DNA from: Tubiluchus corallicola
Taxonomy: Eukaryota; Animalia; Priapulida
NCBI GenBank assembly: GCA_030141605.1
Contig: JAQGDQ010001409.1
Coordinates: 1-42,260, forward strand
Reading direction: 5' to 3'
Length of the DNA stretch: 42,260 nt
Shown here: positions 1 through 39,632 of the stretch, one piece after another
Position numbering within the stretch: position 1 is the stretch's first letter
How the letters are laid out: each line of letters starts with the position of its first letter
Notes under the pieces: model-generated
Databases searched by the model: none
The model's input: only the letters and a program-made list of their open reading frames with translations
Told to the model about the DNA's origin: nothing
Position numbers and translations under genes: made by a program

Positions 1-300
1 TGAGCACAGTAGGTAAATATTCGTTTTTCTATATAATTTTCTGAGCACAGTAGGTAAATATTCGTTTTTCTATATAATTTTCTGAGCACTGTAGGTAAAT
101 ATTCATTTTTCTATATAATTTTCTGAGCACTGTAGGTAAATATTCGTTTTTCTATATAATTTTCTGAGCACAGTAGGTAAATATTCGTTTTTCTATATAA
201 TTTTCTGAGCACGGTATGTAAATATTCGTTTTTCTATATAATTTTCTGAGCACAGTAGGTAAATATTCGTTTTTCTATATAAATTTTCTGAGTTTTCTAT
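1..300 (-). repeat. 41-bp minisatellite (about 7 units, runs off the window start)
   Basis: Unit tgagcacagtaggtaaatattcgtttttctatataattttc; reverse complement of the array at 3560-4490. Confidence 0.95.
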
Positions 301-1484
301 AATCATCAACATTTCATGCAACAAACGTTATTCAGTACTGGTACAATATCGCTTTAAAAAGTGACATGACAAACTGTCAGTTGTTGAAGAAACGTATTGA
401 TTCATTCTATTTGCAGTGAAAATGGCGGGTACACATGGGGGACTGGGAGCAAATTTTAATAATAGTAACACACAATCCGCGGTTTAACTTTATTTTCTGA
501 CTCATTGCTTTAACATCTTCGTATCTTAGAAAAAAATCTCTAGGAGAATGATATAAAATTTTGCTGTTTATACATAAGCGTGACGTCATTGTGATGATTT
601 TCAAGTGATTACGTTATTTTCTAACTTGTACATGTATTGCGATCAAAGCTTCGGCGTGCTTTTTGTGCCATCTGATACACGTTGTCAACAAAATTAATCA
701 ATAGTCCCATTCCATTCCTCTGATCTTGCTTTGCTTTGTTCTTGTCTGATTTTCTTCTATTTTTTGTGCAATTTGTAATTTTTAACCATTATGCCCTATA
801 ACTAGAAAATGAAATATAATTGCAACAATTATAACACAACTACATTATTATACTATAGCGTGATATAGTTAGGGAAAAAATTCCAAATATAATTACAAAA
901 AATTAACAGAAGTGTACCAACATAGTTACTAAACTACATAATAGTTTGTCAACAAGAAATAGATACTGTATGGTGGTCAAGAAGTAAAGCTTGTAAGACC
1001 ACCATGAAAAGTGCAATTCTATTCTAGGCTGTCTTAGTCCTGTCTTCTTTAGTCATTTTGGGCTCTATATTTTATTAGAATAATATTGTATGCTATCTTT
1101 TATTTACCATCACAGAGCACCTGAATTAATTGTTTTTATTATTATTTTATTACTCCAAATGTACAGAGAAACCATGTTTAAAATACTGGTTTTTCCGGCT
1201 CACCCATCACATGTTAATTGCAAGTGACAGTATCGCTTGCAATTAAAGTTGCTGCAAAACTTTTTTTGTAATTGTTATAAGTAGGAACGTTTTCCACAAT
1301 GGGCGGTATTTGAGCTTCTCGATCGGTACAATAACTTACAATACGTACTAAGGTCAATTCACAAACGAACCGTTACTGAACCCGTACCCGTACAAACTAA
1401 AACCAAAACTCGGTTTGTGTAACAGTAAAGTTACGCAAGTGAAACTGACAAACTGTAAACAGAAAAGTAATGTAAATATTGATG

Positions 1485-1586
1485 TGCGTCACGCGTGCAC
1501 GTGACCTGTTGTGCCCAATCATCACCACACGGTTTCTACCCACAATGCAAAGCGCTATGTTTGTGCGCGCCATCATTTCAAGCAAA
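1485..1586 (+). promoter_or_regulatory. Probable unk proximal promoter / 5' UTR
   Basis: CpG-enriched patch just before the ATG, with E-box CACGTGAC (~1498), CCAAT box (~1515) and a YY1-like CGCCATCATT (~1568). Confidence 0.5.
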
Positions 1587-29019
<27,433 letters not shown>

Positions 29020-29089
29020 CAGATCTGACTTGTAGGATTTTCAAATTTGTAGACATCGAATTTTTTAGCGTGCGAGCGGTTTGGTGACG

Positions 29090-29156
29090 TTTCGGCGTGA
29101 AAGTGCAGTGAACGTGCGGTTCGGCGTGAAAGTGCGGTGAGCGTGTGGTTCGGCGG
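29090..29156. repeat. Short ~29-bp tandem repeat in the 3' UTR
   Basis: ttcggcgtgaaagtgc(a/g)gtga(a/g)cgtg repeated a little over twice. Confidence 0.7.
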
Positions 29157-29238
29157 AGTGCGATGCTTGCTGTGAAAGTGTTGATTTTAAAAGACGATTT
29201 TTCTATGAAGTTTTAACTACAAATGCGGGTAAAGCAAC

Positions 29239-29244
29239 AATAAA
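29239..29244 (+). terminator. Candidate polyadenylation signal AATAAA of unk
   Basis: First AATAAA about 220 nt after the stop codon; another lies near 29910, so the true 3' end is uncertain. Confidence 0.3.
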
Positions 29245-30602
29245 ATGAAGTGATTTAGTTCTGAAATGTACATTTGACGTTAAAATGAAATCTTATTGAG
29301 TTTTAATAATACAAGTTTTATACCTGTAATATTATTTGCTAACAAACAAATAATTCCTGTACAAACTAAGGATGCTTTCATCTAATTGTTATACTGGAAT
29401 GTTTTATGAGCAAACCTAGTGCTACCCAGTTCACACTAAACCGGTTTATTCAGTATGCTTGGTTAACTAAGACGGAAAACCTGTGTTTGAATCCCACTCA
29501 TTGGAATAGCGCTAAAAACGGGGCACTTGCTAAATCTCTTTTTCAGGACGTGTTTTAAAAAGATTTTATGCTATATTTACCTGAAAAATCTTTTTCATAA
29601 AGATACTAATTTCAAGTTAGTGATCAGTAAACTCTTTCAGTGTGAATAGCAGAGTTTCGGTTTGTCGACAATTGGACTTTCGATTCAGTTACTTTTTTGA
29701 ATTCATCGAGTTTTTTGAAGCCGAAATCGGTAATTCCGAGGTTTGGTCGTGTTTGACCAGTTTAGCTGTTATTTTTTCTAGATGTTAAAAACCCGTTGAA
29801 AAATCTTGACAAAAATAGCAGCCGAAATTAAATGAAAATTTCATATATCGTGCTTTTGAACAATGCGGTGCTGACGATTGAGAATATCTCCAGGCTCCTT
29901 CAACTGAAAAATAAACGTAGTTTGAACAAAATCAAATTTAATGTCATAATTTATGAAATATAGGCAATGAAATATCTACGGCGTCATTATCTTTAACTGT
30001 AAAGTTTTTTATGCTTCTTTGATTAAGATTTCTCCTATTTTCGGTTACCTGTATTTCATAAATTTCGGTTTTGGTTTGTAATTTGAGCTCCCTGGGTGAA
30101 TGGATTGTGTGTTTACCTAAAATTATCTACGGTAACATCTGAATTATCAGAACATCTCGTTAACACAGGAATTTAATGTTGAACATTTTTAAATTTAGTA
30201 CGATGAGTATATTTTTCTAACCAATTTGTCTGTTTTTTTGGGTTGTGAATGTAACAGTGGTACCTCTTTGTATAGACACTATTGCCATTGCACTATATTC
30301 TGCTGTAATTGTTCAAATTATTTGACTTCATGGTGGGTCTGTTAACACTTATATTTTTGTCTGCTTAATTTTAAACTGAAAATAGTTACGAAAATTGCGG
30401 TTAGTTTTTTTTATTGTACGCAACTTGTTTAGGACAGATTTACGTGACTGCAGCTTCAATGCATTGCAATAGAAATTTGCGCTGATGCTACTGACAGCTT
30501 TGTTTAATCTGCATGAAAAATTGTTAAATTTAAATTGTTTTGTTTTTGCAGCCAGTGAACCTAAGCTTGCTAACATAGACTGTATAATAAGTCGGTACAT
30601 AC

Positions 30603-31044
30603 TAGAGTTGAGACAGTTTAACTAACCGTTTAAAGTTTAAACGTTATTAATTGTGGTTGTGTTTAACCATTCCCGATGATGTCATACACACATACATGTT
30701 GAACTATACGTGATTTGCACGTGTAAGAGGTGCGGTTCAAATCTAGCATGCGCCAGCAAGAATGTCCAACATGGCAGCATGACATTTCTCGACTGAAAAA
30801 CTTTTTAGCAAATTACCATTGCCAAGATTGTCTTCTTCGGCAACCAGATTATTTGAAACAATGTTGTAAATAGTTCAATTTTATGTAAGCGGTACATTGC
30901 CAACTGTGTACGCCAACTCAGAAAAGATACAAGGTTTCATTAATACATAGAAAACTTGACTGACTAACGGGTTAAATGGTTAGTAATTTTCTAAATGGTT
31001 ACACTAATTAGCGGTCGGTTATATGGTTAACTGTCTCAGCCCTA
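30603..31044. mobile_element. hAT MITE with 8-bp TSD
   Basis: TIR tagagttgagacagtt / aactgtctcagcccta; TSD gtacatac/gtacgtac; a partial inverted relative lies at ~20400-20600. Confidence 0.75.
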
Positions 31045-31605
31045 GTACGTACAGTATGTTGATGGATAGTGTCGCCATCTGTTGAAAGTACTTGAAAATA
31101 ACAAAAGACCAGTTTGAGTGTGGTAATTTTAAAAACATAGAAGTTGAATTTAGTGGAAAATTAGTTATTATTTGCGATTGAATTATGATCTTAAAGGCAC
31201 TGTATGCTATGATGTCACTTACTTGTTTGAACCTGCCTCTGTTGAACCAGTGAGAGCACTGTTCACGGTTAAGCTTTTGAAATAGCGAGAATTACGCTCA
31301 AACTTTCGGAAACTGTAGAGATTTTCCCACGAGTTGCAAAAATTTATGTAACTTTCAACTGGACAGCTTTGCTCGCTTGATTTTTGTTCATGCTAATCGA
31401 CGGTACGGTTAAGTAAAGTGTGGATTATGTGACTGTATTTATATGCAGTAAATTGCGGTACTTAAGCTGTTAGAAGAAAAGCTTTGAGTTGTCACACGCG
31501 AGCGTGTCAAACGGATTCGCTGCATGTCGAGTTTGTTCAGATTTGCAAAAGTGGAAAGCTCAGATTGGACATGTTGCATTATTCTTCTAGTGAGGTGGAT
31601 TGTGA

Positions 31606-31872
31606 AAATGACCAGTCGGGGTTGATATGTCGTAATGGTCAGTCTGAGTGGGCATGTCATAGTGACCAAATCATTGTAGAGGTATCGTAATGGTCAGTCA
31701 GGGTAGACATGTCGTAAGGACCAAATCATTGTAGAGGTATCGTAATGGTCACTCTGGGTAGAAATGTTATAATGGTCACTCTGGGTAGACATGTTATAAT
31801 GGTCAGTCTGGGTAGGCAATGTCATAATGACCAAGTCATTGTAGAGGTATCGTTATGGTCAGTCTGGGTAGT
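31606..31872. repeat. Degenerate 29/58-bp tandem repeat
   Basis: taatggtcagtctgggtagacatgt... repeated. Confidence 0.75.
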
Positions 31873-33054
31873 CATTTCATGACTGTAGATACTTGTAATG
31901 AAATGCATTGTTTGTATTTGTGGAGCCGAAACCCAAACAACCGGGGCTTAATAATACATTGTTTGCTACATCTGCTTTTAAATTTGCTCTGTGCCCATTT
32001 TAAAACATTGTTAATTATAGAATTGGACTAGTTGCTTAGTACTGTGTATTTAAATTATTACTGTTTTAGCTCGTGTAGGCTGCATGCTTTATCATCGCCA
32101 CCTGTAGATAAAACATTACATATATATAAATATATAAACTGATTTAGCTTTTGTTTGCTAGCAACCGTATGATTAGAATTTTCCTGGTACTTGTACCGTA
32201 TATACATTGTTATTAAAACACTTTGAAATTGCATATATTTTTCTTTTTCCTAAACTTACGTATGTTCTATTATATTAACTATAATTCGTGATTATCTTGA
32301 AAAATGCAAGTTGAATTTTATTTTAATGTCAGAAATTTTATTTTTCTTCATGATAACTAAGATAACTTCAAGATAGCTTCAAGATAACTAAGCAAGTAGT
32401 TTACCCGTGACCTGTACTTTGAGACAAATCTTCTTACCTGTGATTATAGATTGTAGAGACACTTTATTCGGACATACAAATAAACATGAAGCTAGCGTTG
32501 TAAGCATTGAGATGCATTTTGTGTTGAAGAATTTCTTGCATTTTTCTTATATATTTTAATTGCTAAAGAGCTGCGTCGTAGTTAAATAAACTGTTAGAAG
32601 TTTATTGTTCTATTTCGTTTATATTGTGAATCGTAAACAGTATTGTAGTTATTCAACCAAAAGCGTGATTCTAGTTACTCTAGTGTCGATAAAATTGTAC
32701 AAAGTCTGACATGTTCTATTTTCTGATATCGTCATGACGATCGTATGTGTACAGAAATAAAATGAAATAAAATAGAACGATATTAAACGAATTTTCTCTT
32801 GCTCGTTTATTTTTTGTCGAAAACTGAGAATCTTTTTCACTTTGACTTGAACACTGAACACTGGAAAACAAAAATTGATGTGCTGCATTCATAGGAAATA
32901 AAAAAGACTTGAAAGAAATTAATATTGAATACATTTTTGATTTTTTTTTACTACACTGTATTGACGAAACTCTAACTTTTAGAGTTTTTCTCGTAAGATG
33001 GAGCCACTTGACGTAGTGAAGTGTTTACAGTACCTAATTTTTGCCATGTAGATG

Positions 33055-33150
33055 AGGTGAGATGAATGGACAAGTGCTCAAGGTGCATGCTTTGCAATTG
33101 AGGTTAAGCAGTTCCGGGGCAGGTCGGTAACTTGATGGGTGACTGCGAAT
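33055..33150 (+). mobile_element. Degenerate 5S-like SINE head fragment
   Basis: gaggttaagcagttccggggcaggtcggtaacttgatgggtgactgc aligns to the 5S internal control region (box A to box C). Confidence 0.45.
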
Positions 33151-33189
33151 ACGATCAAATGAATTCAACATACAGTAGGAAAACTTGGT

Positions 33190-33690
33190 ATTAAAATAAA
33201 ACCGGATGACTCGATTTCATTTCAGTTTACTGTCCAAAATATACATTTTCTTTCCTATGAAAGCTGGCAGTTTTTTCTCATATTTGATTGATTGCCTTGG
33301 AAAGTTAGTCAACGGCAGCCAAACACAGCTATCGCTTATGTCACAAACTAACCGCAGTTGTGCAATGGTAGATGTCTTCCCTGCGTGTCAAGCATGTTTG
33401 CACAAGCAAAGATTTCTATAAGATGCTGATGTGATGTCACGAAAGTGAGCTCTACATCACACACGAACACTGCAGTTCATGGTCATACTTGTCAGGGTAC
33501 AATGCCTATTTGTCAGCCACACGAATGTGGCAAAAAGGCACCATTGGCAGTCTTAGTGGATTCCTTGAGCTGCGCGTAGCTTTGAAGGTTTATCAAAATT
33601 TAGCTATCCGAGGAAATTATTATTTAATCTAAGCTTTGATTTTAAAAAAGCTGTTGTAGTTTTCAGTATTTTAGAGCATACTTCATTTTG
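33190..33690 (+). mobile_element. Interspersed repeat family D, copy 1
   Basis: About 500 bp homologous to the reverse complement of 41495-42005 (for example gtcacaaactaaccgcagtt). Confidence 0.72.
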
Positions 33691-33937
33691 AACTAATGTC
33701 TATACAATCATCTACATTTCAAACACGTAGTTAGTACAATTATTACAAAAATCATTAATACTTTTCACAGTGAGTATCAAGCTGTCATAGCGTCATCAAC
33801 TCTTTTCAATAATTACCAAGTTGCTCAACTTAGATTTCCTGTTTAGACAGCTATATATTATAATGCCTATAATGTACTCGAACTCTTAATCATTGCTTTT
33901 TTAATCTGGCTACACTTTGGCTAGTTTCAGTTAACTG

Positions 33938-34085
33938 GAATTGTAGTTTGTCGCCATCTGGTGGCTGAAAACAGAACTCCGTATATTTTCGTTATTTATT
34001 TGTTTTACGAACATGTACTGAGGTAAATTTTGTTTTCAAAGTAAATTATTATTTTCAGCCACGAGATGGCGACAAACTACAATTC
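33938..34085. promoter_or_regulatory. 34-bp inverted repeat pair carrying CTCF-like (GCCACCAGATGGCG) and ZNF143-like (ACTACAATTC) motifs
   Basis: gaattgtagtttgtcgccatctggtggctgaaaa versus ttttcagccacgagatggcgacaaactacaattc, 1 mismatch, 80-bp spacer; function inferred. Confidence 0.45.
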
Positions 34086-34348
34086 GTCGTTTCTACAGCT
34101 CACCCTAGTGGGAATTTTGGAAACGTAGAAAATCGGAAAATCACGGAGCCCGTAAGAAACCGTGAAGTTTCGTGGCCACATTTGATTTGCAGCAACGGAT
34201 AAACTGTTATTTTAAACTTGTACGATTAGGTTACATATAGCTATTGCATTATTATTATTGATTAAAATTAGTCGTTGACCGTTACCGTTACGGTCGTGAT
34301 GATGCGTCAACATTTAGCGAAAATATTTACATAAAAATTCCCTACAGC

Positions 34349-34970
34349 CAATGGCGTGGCTATTGGGGGGAGCAATTTCAGAACCACTTTTTCAACGTTG
34401 GCACCTTTTCAACAATTTTTAGTTCACTTGTTGCTGAACAATCATTTTGTCGTTTTGAAATAGATAAAGTCCTACCTTCGTTCTACAATAGACAAGGATA
34501 GGTTGTCTGGGTTAGCTTTGTTCTCCATTGAAAGAGAGTGGCTACTGAGGTGGATTATAATAAAGTTATAAAATACTTTGCTAGAATGAAGCCAAGATGA
34601 GAGAGACTGTTGTAGTTCCTTGATGACACATTTTTCACAGTGACTCATTTTGTTTTCGTTTTGCGTTTAAAATTAAATAACACATCGTGTTTTTATTATG
34701 TTTTAAGATTTAAGAGCTTACTGTAAAACTTTTAATTGTGTTTTAATTTTAAACACCAAATAACAATTATATACTTCATTTAAAACTGTATCTCTCGTGT
34801 TTTGACTTTAAACGCAAAATGAATGTATATAGTCAATGCATTAGAAATTGTTTGGTGTGTTTCACTGCGCCTCGCTTGCTCCCTCTAACTTTAGAACATG
34901 GCTACGCCCCTGTCACTGCGTCTTTTTATGTGCTTGCTCCCCCTAACTTTGGAACCTGGCTACGCCCCTG
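34349..34970 (+). mobile_element. Internally deleted hAT transposon with a decayed transposase C-terminal dimerisation-domain remnant (34433-34600)
   Basis: TIR caatggcgtggcta / tggctacgcccctg; TSD-like cctacagc/tgtacagc; frameshifted translation AEQSF..IKSYLRSTIDKDRLSGLALFSIERE..ATEVDYNKVIKYFARMKPR. Confidence 0.8.
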
Positions 34971-35244
34971 TGTACAGCCAACGAACAAACTCTGGGCATG
35001 TTTAAGTTTAGGAATAAATAGAAAAGTGTGACAACGTACAGTTGTATACTTTTCATTGAGAAATATCTGAGAGTCTTGTGAAGACGTTTCACAGGGACAT
35101 CATAACCTTTGTTAGATAAATATACATACAGTATGTTTATTCGCTTGAATGATGCGATGTATTATTTCTGTTAACTCGTTTCAACTTTTAACTTTTCCGC
35201 TTATGCATTTACTGTTACAGTTTGGAGGCAAGCATTCTCTATCA

Positions 35245-35590
35245 GGAAGCGAATTCGAATGGATTTTTTTACATTCGACTTCGATTCAAACCGATTTTTT
35301 TCTATTTTCGAATCCGAATCGAATTCAGTTTCAAAGATTTTCGAACAGATTTTTGAGTCATTGTTAAAAAGCTGTCTCACAAAGATCACGCATATTACTT
35401 GATTTTGTTCTGCAATAAAAAACCTAATCATTTGTTTGAAAATTGTGCAGAGATTTCGCAGCTAAATTGAGCTGATTTCATGACATTTCAAACGTTTTAA
35501 TGATAAAGAACGTACGTGGTTGAAGTGCTGAATTATTCGAATCTAGAATTTGTGTTCGTATCGAATTCAAACGTTGGATGCCCTCCCCTA
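35245..35590 (-). mobile_element. hAT-like MITE family G, inverted copy
   Basis: Ends aacgttggatgccctcccta-like; TTCGAA repeats; homologous to 14159-14381. Confidence 0.62.
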
Positions 35591-35605
35591 GTCACGGTGC
35601 GTGAT

Positions 35606-36795
35606 TAGGGTTGCCAATCCTGATTTGGTCTGGAGTCGAGGGTTGCCACCACACCTGATTTGACCCGGAGTCGAGGATTGCCACCACACCTGATTTGGCC
35701 CAGAGTCAAGGGTTGCCACCACACCTGATTTGGCCCAGAGTCAAGGGTTGCCACCACACTTGATTTGGCCCAGAGTCAAGGGTTGCCACCACTCTTGATT
35801 TGGCCCAGAGTCTAGGATTGCCACCACACCTGATTTGGCCCGGAGTCGAGGGTTGCCACCACACCTGATTTGGCCCAGAATCAAGGGTTGCCACCACACT
35901 TGATTTGGCCCGGAGTCAAGGGTTGCCACCACACCTGATTTTGCCCAGAATCAAGGGTTGCCACCACACTTGATTTGGCCCGGAGTCAAGGGTTGCCACC
36001 ACACCTGATTTGGCCCAGAGTCAAGGGTTGCCACCACACCTGATTTGGCCCAGAGTCAAGGGTTGCCACCACACTTGATTTGGCCCAGAGTCAAGGGTTG
36101 CCACCACTCTTGATTTGGCCCAGAGTCTAGGATTGCCACCACACCTGATTTGGCCCGGAGTCGAGGGTTGCCACCACACCTGATTTGGCCCAGAATCAAG
36201 GGTTGCCACCACACTTGATTTGGTCCGGAGTCAAGTGTTGCCACCACACCTGATTTGGCCCAGAGTCAAGGGTTGCCACCACACCTGATTTGGCCCGGAG
36301 TCGAGGGTTGCCACCACACCTGATTTGGCCCAGAATCAAGGGTTGCCACCACTCTTGATTTGGCCCAGAGTCTAGGATTGCCACCACACCTGATTTGGCC
36401 CGGAGTCGAGGGTTGCCACCACACCTGATTTGGCCCAGAATCAAGGGTTGCCACCACACTTGATTTGGTCCGGAGTCAAGTGTTGCCACCACACCTGATT
36501 TGGCCCAGAGTCAAGGGTTGCCACCACACTTGATTTGACCCAGAGTCAAGGGTTGCCACCACACCTGATTTGGCCCGGAGTCGAGGGTTGCCACCACACC
36601 TGATTTGGCCCAGAATCAAGGGTTGCCACCACACTTGATTTGGCCCAGAGTCAAGGGTTGCCACCACACTTGATTTGACCCGGAGTCGAGGATTGCCATC
36701 ACTCCTGATTTGGCCCGGAGTCAAGGGTTGCCACCACACTTGATTTGGCCTGGAGACGAGGGTTGCCGCCCCTACTGATTTGGCCTGGAGTCTCC
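35606..36795. repeat. 35-bp minisatellite (about 34 units) starting at a TAGGGTTGCCA hAT-type terminus
   Basis: Unit agggttgccaccacacctgatttggcccagagtca; a 315-bp higher-order duplication is visible. Confidence 0.95.
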
Positions 36796-37619
36796 TGAAA
36801 TTCAGCCATAGATTCGTAGTTCGGTCGAAACTTTGAAAATTTCTGAAATCTCCATAATTATGTTGAAATTTAAGTGGAAAAGCGGAAATACAACTTGCAT
36901 GCCATAGAATCTTTGCAAAAGATTAAGCCAAGAAACAGCTGAACTATTAACTCTCTATTAACTCTCTATTAACTAAGGTAGTAAACTTATTAAATTAAAT
37001 TACATGGCTTCATCATTTCATCCCTTCTACATTTTTGCCAATTTTTACTGCAGAAGCAAATAGTGCAAATCAAGTATTCCTCCCCTTTAGCTTTAATTCA
37101 CACGACGCAAAGTGTTTAATAATTTCATTGCTAAACCCCGATCCCAGAAACCTCGGCAAACTTGAGAAATGTGACTGGGAAGAAACTTCAAAAATTCATG
37201 TACAGGCTGCACAAAAACAAGTGCTGTACCTTTTAGTTCAGTTGTGTTAGATTATGACGAACTGCACACATTCGACTGCAGATGCGTGAGCACAGCGCTA
37301 AATTTGAAAATTGAATTTTTATCTTAAAACTTGCTGAGTTTTACTACAACACACTGAACACCTTACGGTAGCACTGTACTTCAATTTTCGCTTTCGTAAA
37401 CACGTGCAACACACTCGTGGAGTATTTTTATTGCTGAACATTATGTTAGTTTGTGAGGTCATTGATAAATGGACTCGCCTTTCGTTAATTAAGTCTTTAA
37501 TGTACTAACTAATTATCAGACACGTTTTTGCAATATTATTCGTGTTAAAATGTAATTTTTCCTGTACTTGAAAACGGGGTAGTATATAAAAGATCATCCC
37601 GTCTGCCTTTAAGCGCAGC

Positions 37620-38175
37620 ACAAATTTTTGCCTCCCTTATTTACTGATTATTTTTGTTTCAATGCTGAGATACATAATTACGGCACACGTTATAGACTGA
37701 ACTATCACTACATACAGTGCAACACAAATGTTAGAAAATTTTCTATTAAATACAATGGCCCTTACATATGGAATTCAATTGCTCCAGCTATTAAAAATGC
37801 CAACTCGCTGTCCATATTTAAAAAAAATATATAAATTAAACTTACTTGAAACGTATAACTGATCACTCAATCATGATTTGTTGTTTTTCATTTTCAAAAA
37901 CTTCCCCTCTAGTATAATAATATTTTTATTACTTCCCACCCGTATTTACATTTGTATATATTGTAATATTGTGTCTGTATATATTGTAATTTTTTCGTAA
38001 CTAATTCTAGTGGCCTACCATAAGCTAGCTTCTTAGGTCTCTAGCGCAGAATTCATGAATTGTATCAAATTTTTGTATTACAAAAACTGATTATCGGTGC
38101 ACATGTAATGTGTATGTATATGTTTATTGCGAAATAAATCTATTAAATCTAAATCTATCTAATCTAAAAATCTCT
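37620..38175 (+). mobile_element. 3' end of a CR1/L2-group LINE (ORF2 C-terminus, 3' UTR and tail)
   Basis: HNYGTR...KFSIKYNGPYIWNSIAPAIKNANSLSIFKK is typical of L2/Crack/Daphne ORF2 ends; AATAAA plus an (AATCTA)-like tail at 38132-38173. Confidence 0.75.
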
Positions 38176-38762
38176 ATTATTATCAACTCAAGCTAGTAAA
38201 TTGATAAACCAGAGTAAATAATGTGTAAAATACTGAATCAGACAACCAGCACATGTCTAGAAACCTAAAACCCCAGGCTCTAACACGTCTTTTTGTAAAT
38301 CATTCACTACAAAGCTGAAATGACACAATTTGCACAGACGTAGGAAGTAGTAGACTAACACGACAGTGCTGCCACCACTCCAGATTTTACACAGATTTGA
38401 ATGAAAAAAGTTAAACTTGCGTAGGTGATACGACGATACACAAAGTAAATTTTTTGCATTTATAACTCACTCTGTCTGTCAGTTTATGTGTTCATTATCT
38501 AATCACGTGACATTTTAACAATTATTTAACGTTTACTAAACGCTGTAGGCATAATCATGGACTCAAGTTCAAAGTTTGCGCTAATTCTCAAACTATTCTG
38601 TTCTACATATTAAATATCTATAACAACGTCACGATTATAGTAGAATTTCCTGCAAGTTTCTTGGCGGTAAAGAATCAATTCACAATACCATCTTGTCTGC
38701 TTGGTATGTCGAATTAACATTTTGGGCTATCGTAGTATTGTGGAAATAAAACACAGATTTAA

Positions 38763-39217
38763 CCCTTTCAGTCCCAAATTATTTTTTAATAAGGAAATTT
38801 TTTTTGCTTGGTACTTTTGTTCAGTATGTCCATCTTGTTTACACATAATAATTATTTTTTCTACCTGTGCCCGCATGCTAAATATAGCCTGTATCCCACG
38901 GGATACATTGGGATTCAATGGAAGCATAAAATGTGCTTCATTTTGCAACTGCTGATAATTTTTAAAGTATTTAAAACATTTAGTATGCACGCTATGCTGA
39001 TCTGTACAAAGTCATCTCTAAAGTACTGTACCTTGCGCAGTTTTTAGGCTATGTAGATTTTCTCGTTTGCCATTTTATCACCATTTTTAGTCTATTGTTA
39101 TTGGCTTAAATCAAAATAACTATTGACAGATCAAATAACTGTCAGTTTTAAAATTTTATTGATTTTAAAGGCAGAAAATATTCTCGAATCCCACGGGATA
39201 CAACGGGTATGAAAGGG
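38763..39217. mobile_element. piggyBac-type MITE
   Basis: TTAA|CCCTTTCA ... TGAAAGGG|TTAA; internal repeat of atcccacgggatac. Confidence 0.8.
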
Positions 39218-39632
39218 TTAATCGTTTGTGTTATTCGTACGATTTTTATTACAATTGTGCATTCATCGGCCAGGTCTAGTTAATGTAGGTTGACGTGGCG
39301 GGACCGGTACTTCGCTTATAAATACTTAAATTACTATTATTATTAGCTAATTACTGTCTTCTAAAACGAGACATTGTCCTTCACACCCACAGACAGTATG
39401 GCAGATTAAATCTTCTATAGTGAGTATTCATTCATCCTTTTAGTTATCAGGCTCAGCATTGCTTAACTTCAGCTGCTAAGCGTACCCATTGGCCGCAGAG
39501 CTATTGATGTCTTGGTGTCTATGCGATGGTATCGAAGTTTGATTATCTAGTTATCACTATAGTGTCGGTCGCTCGTTTATATTTTGTCAAATGTCTTTGC
39601 CTAAAATCAATAGATCACTGGAAAGAATGCAC

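Noticed and set aside
35075-35110. Another hammerhead-like remnant (gacgtttca...catca)
   Set aside because: Core incomplete and no stem II; too degenerate to call.
35706-36739. Repeated MVATLDSGPNQVWWQP ORFs
   Set aside because: Frame-cycling translation of a 35-bp tandem repeat.
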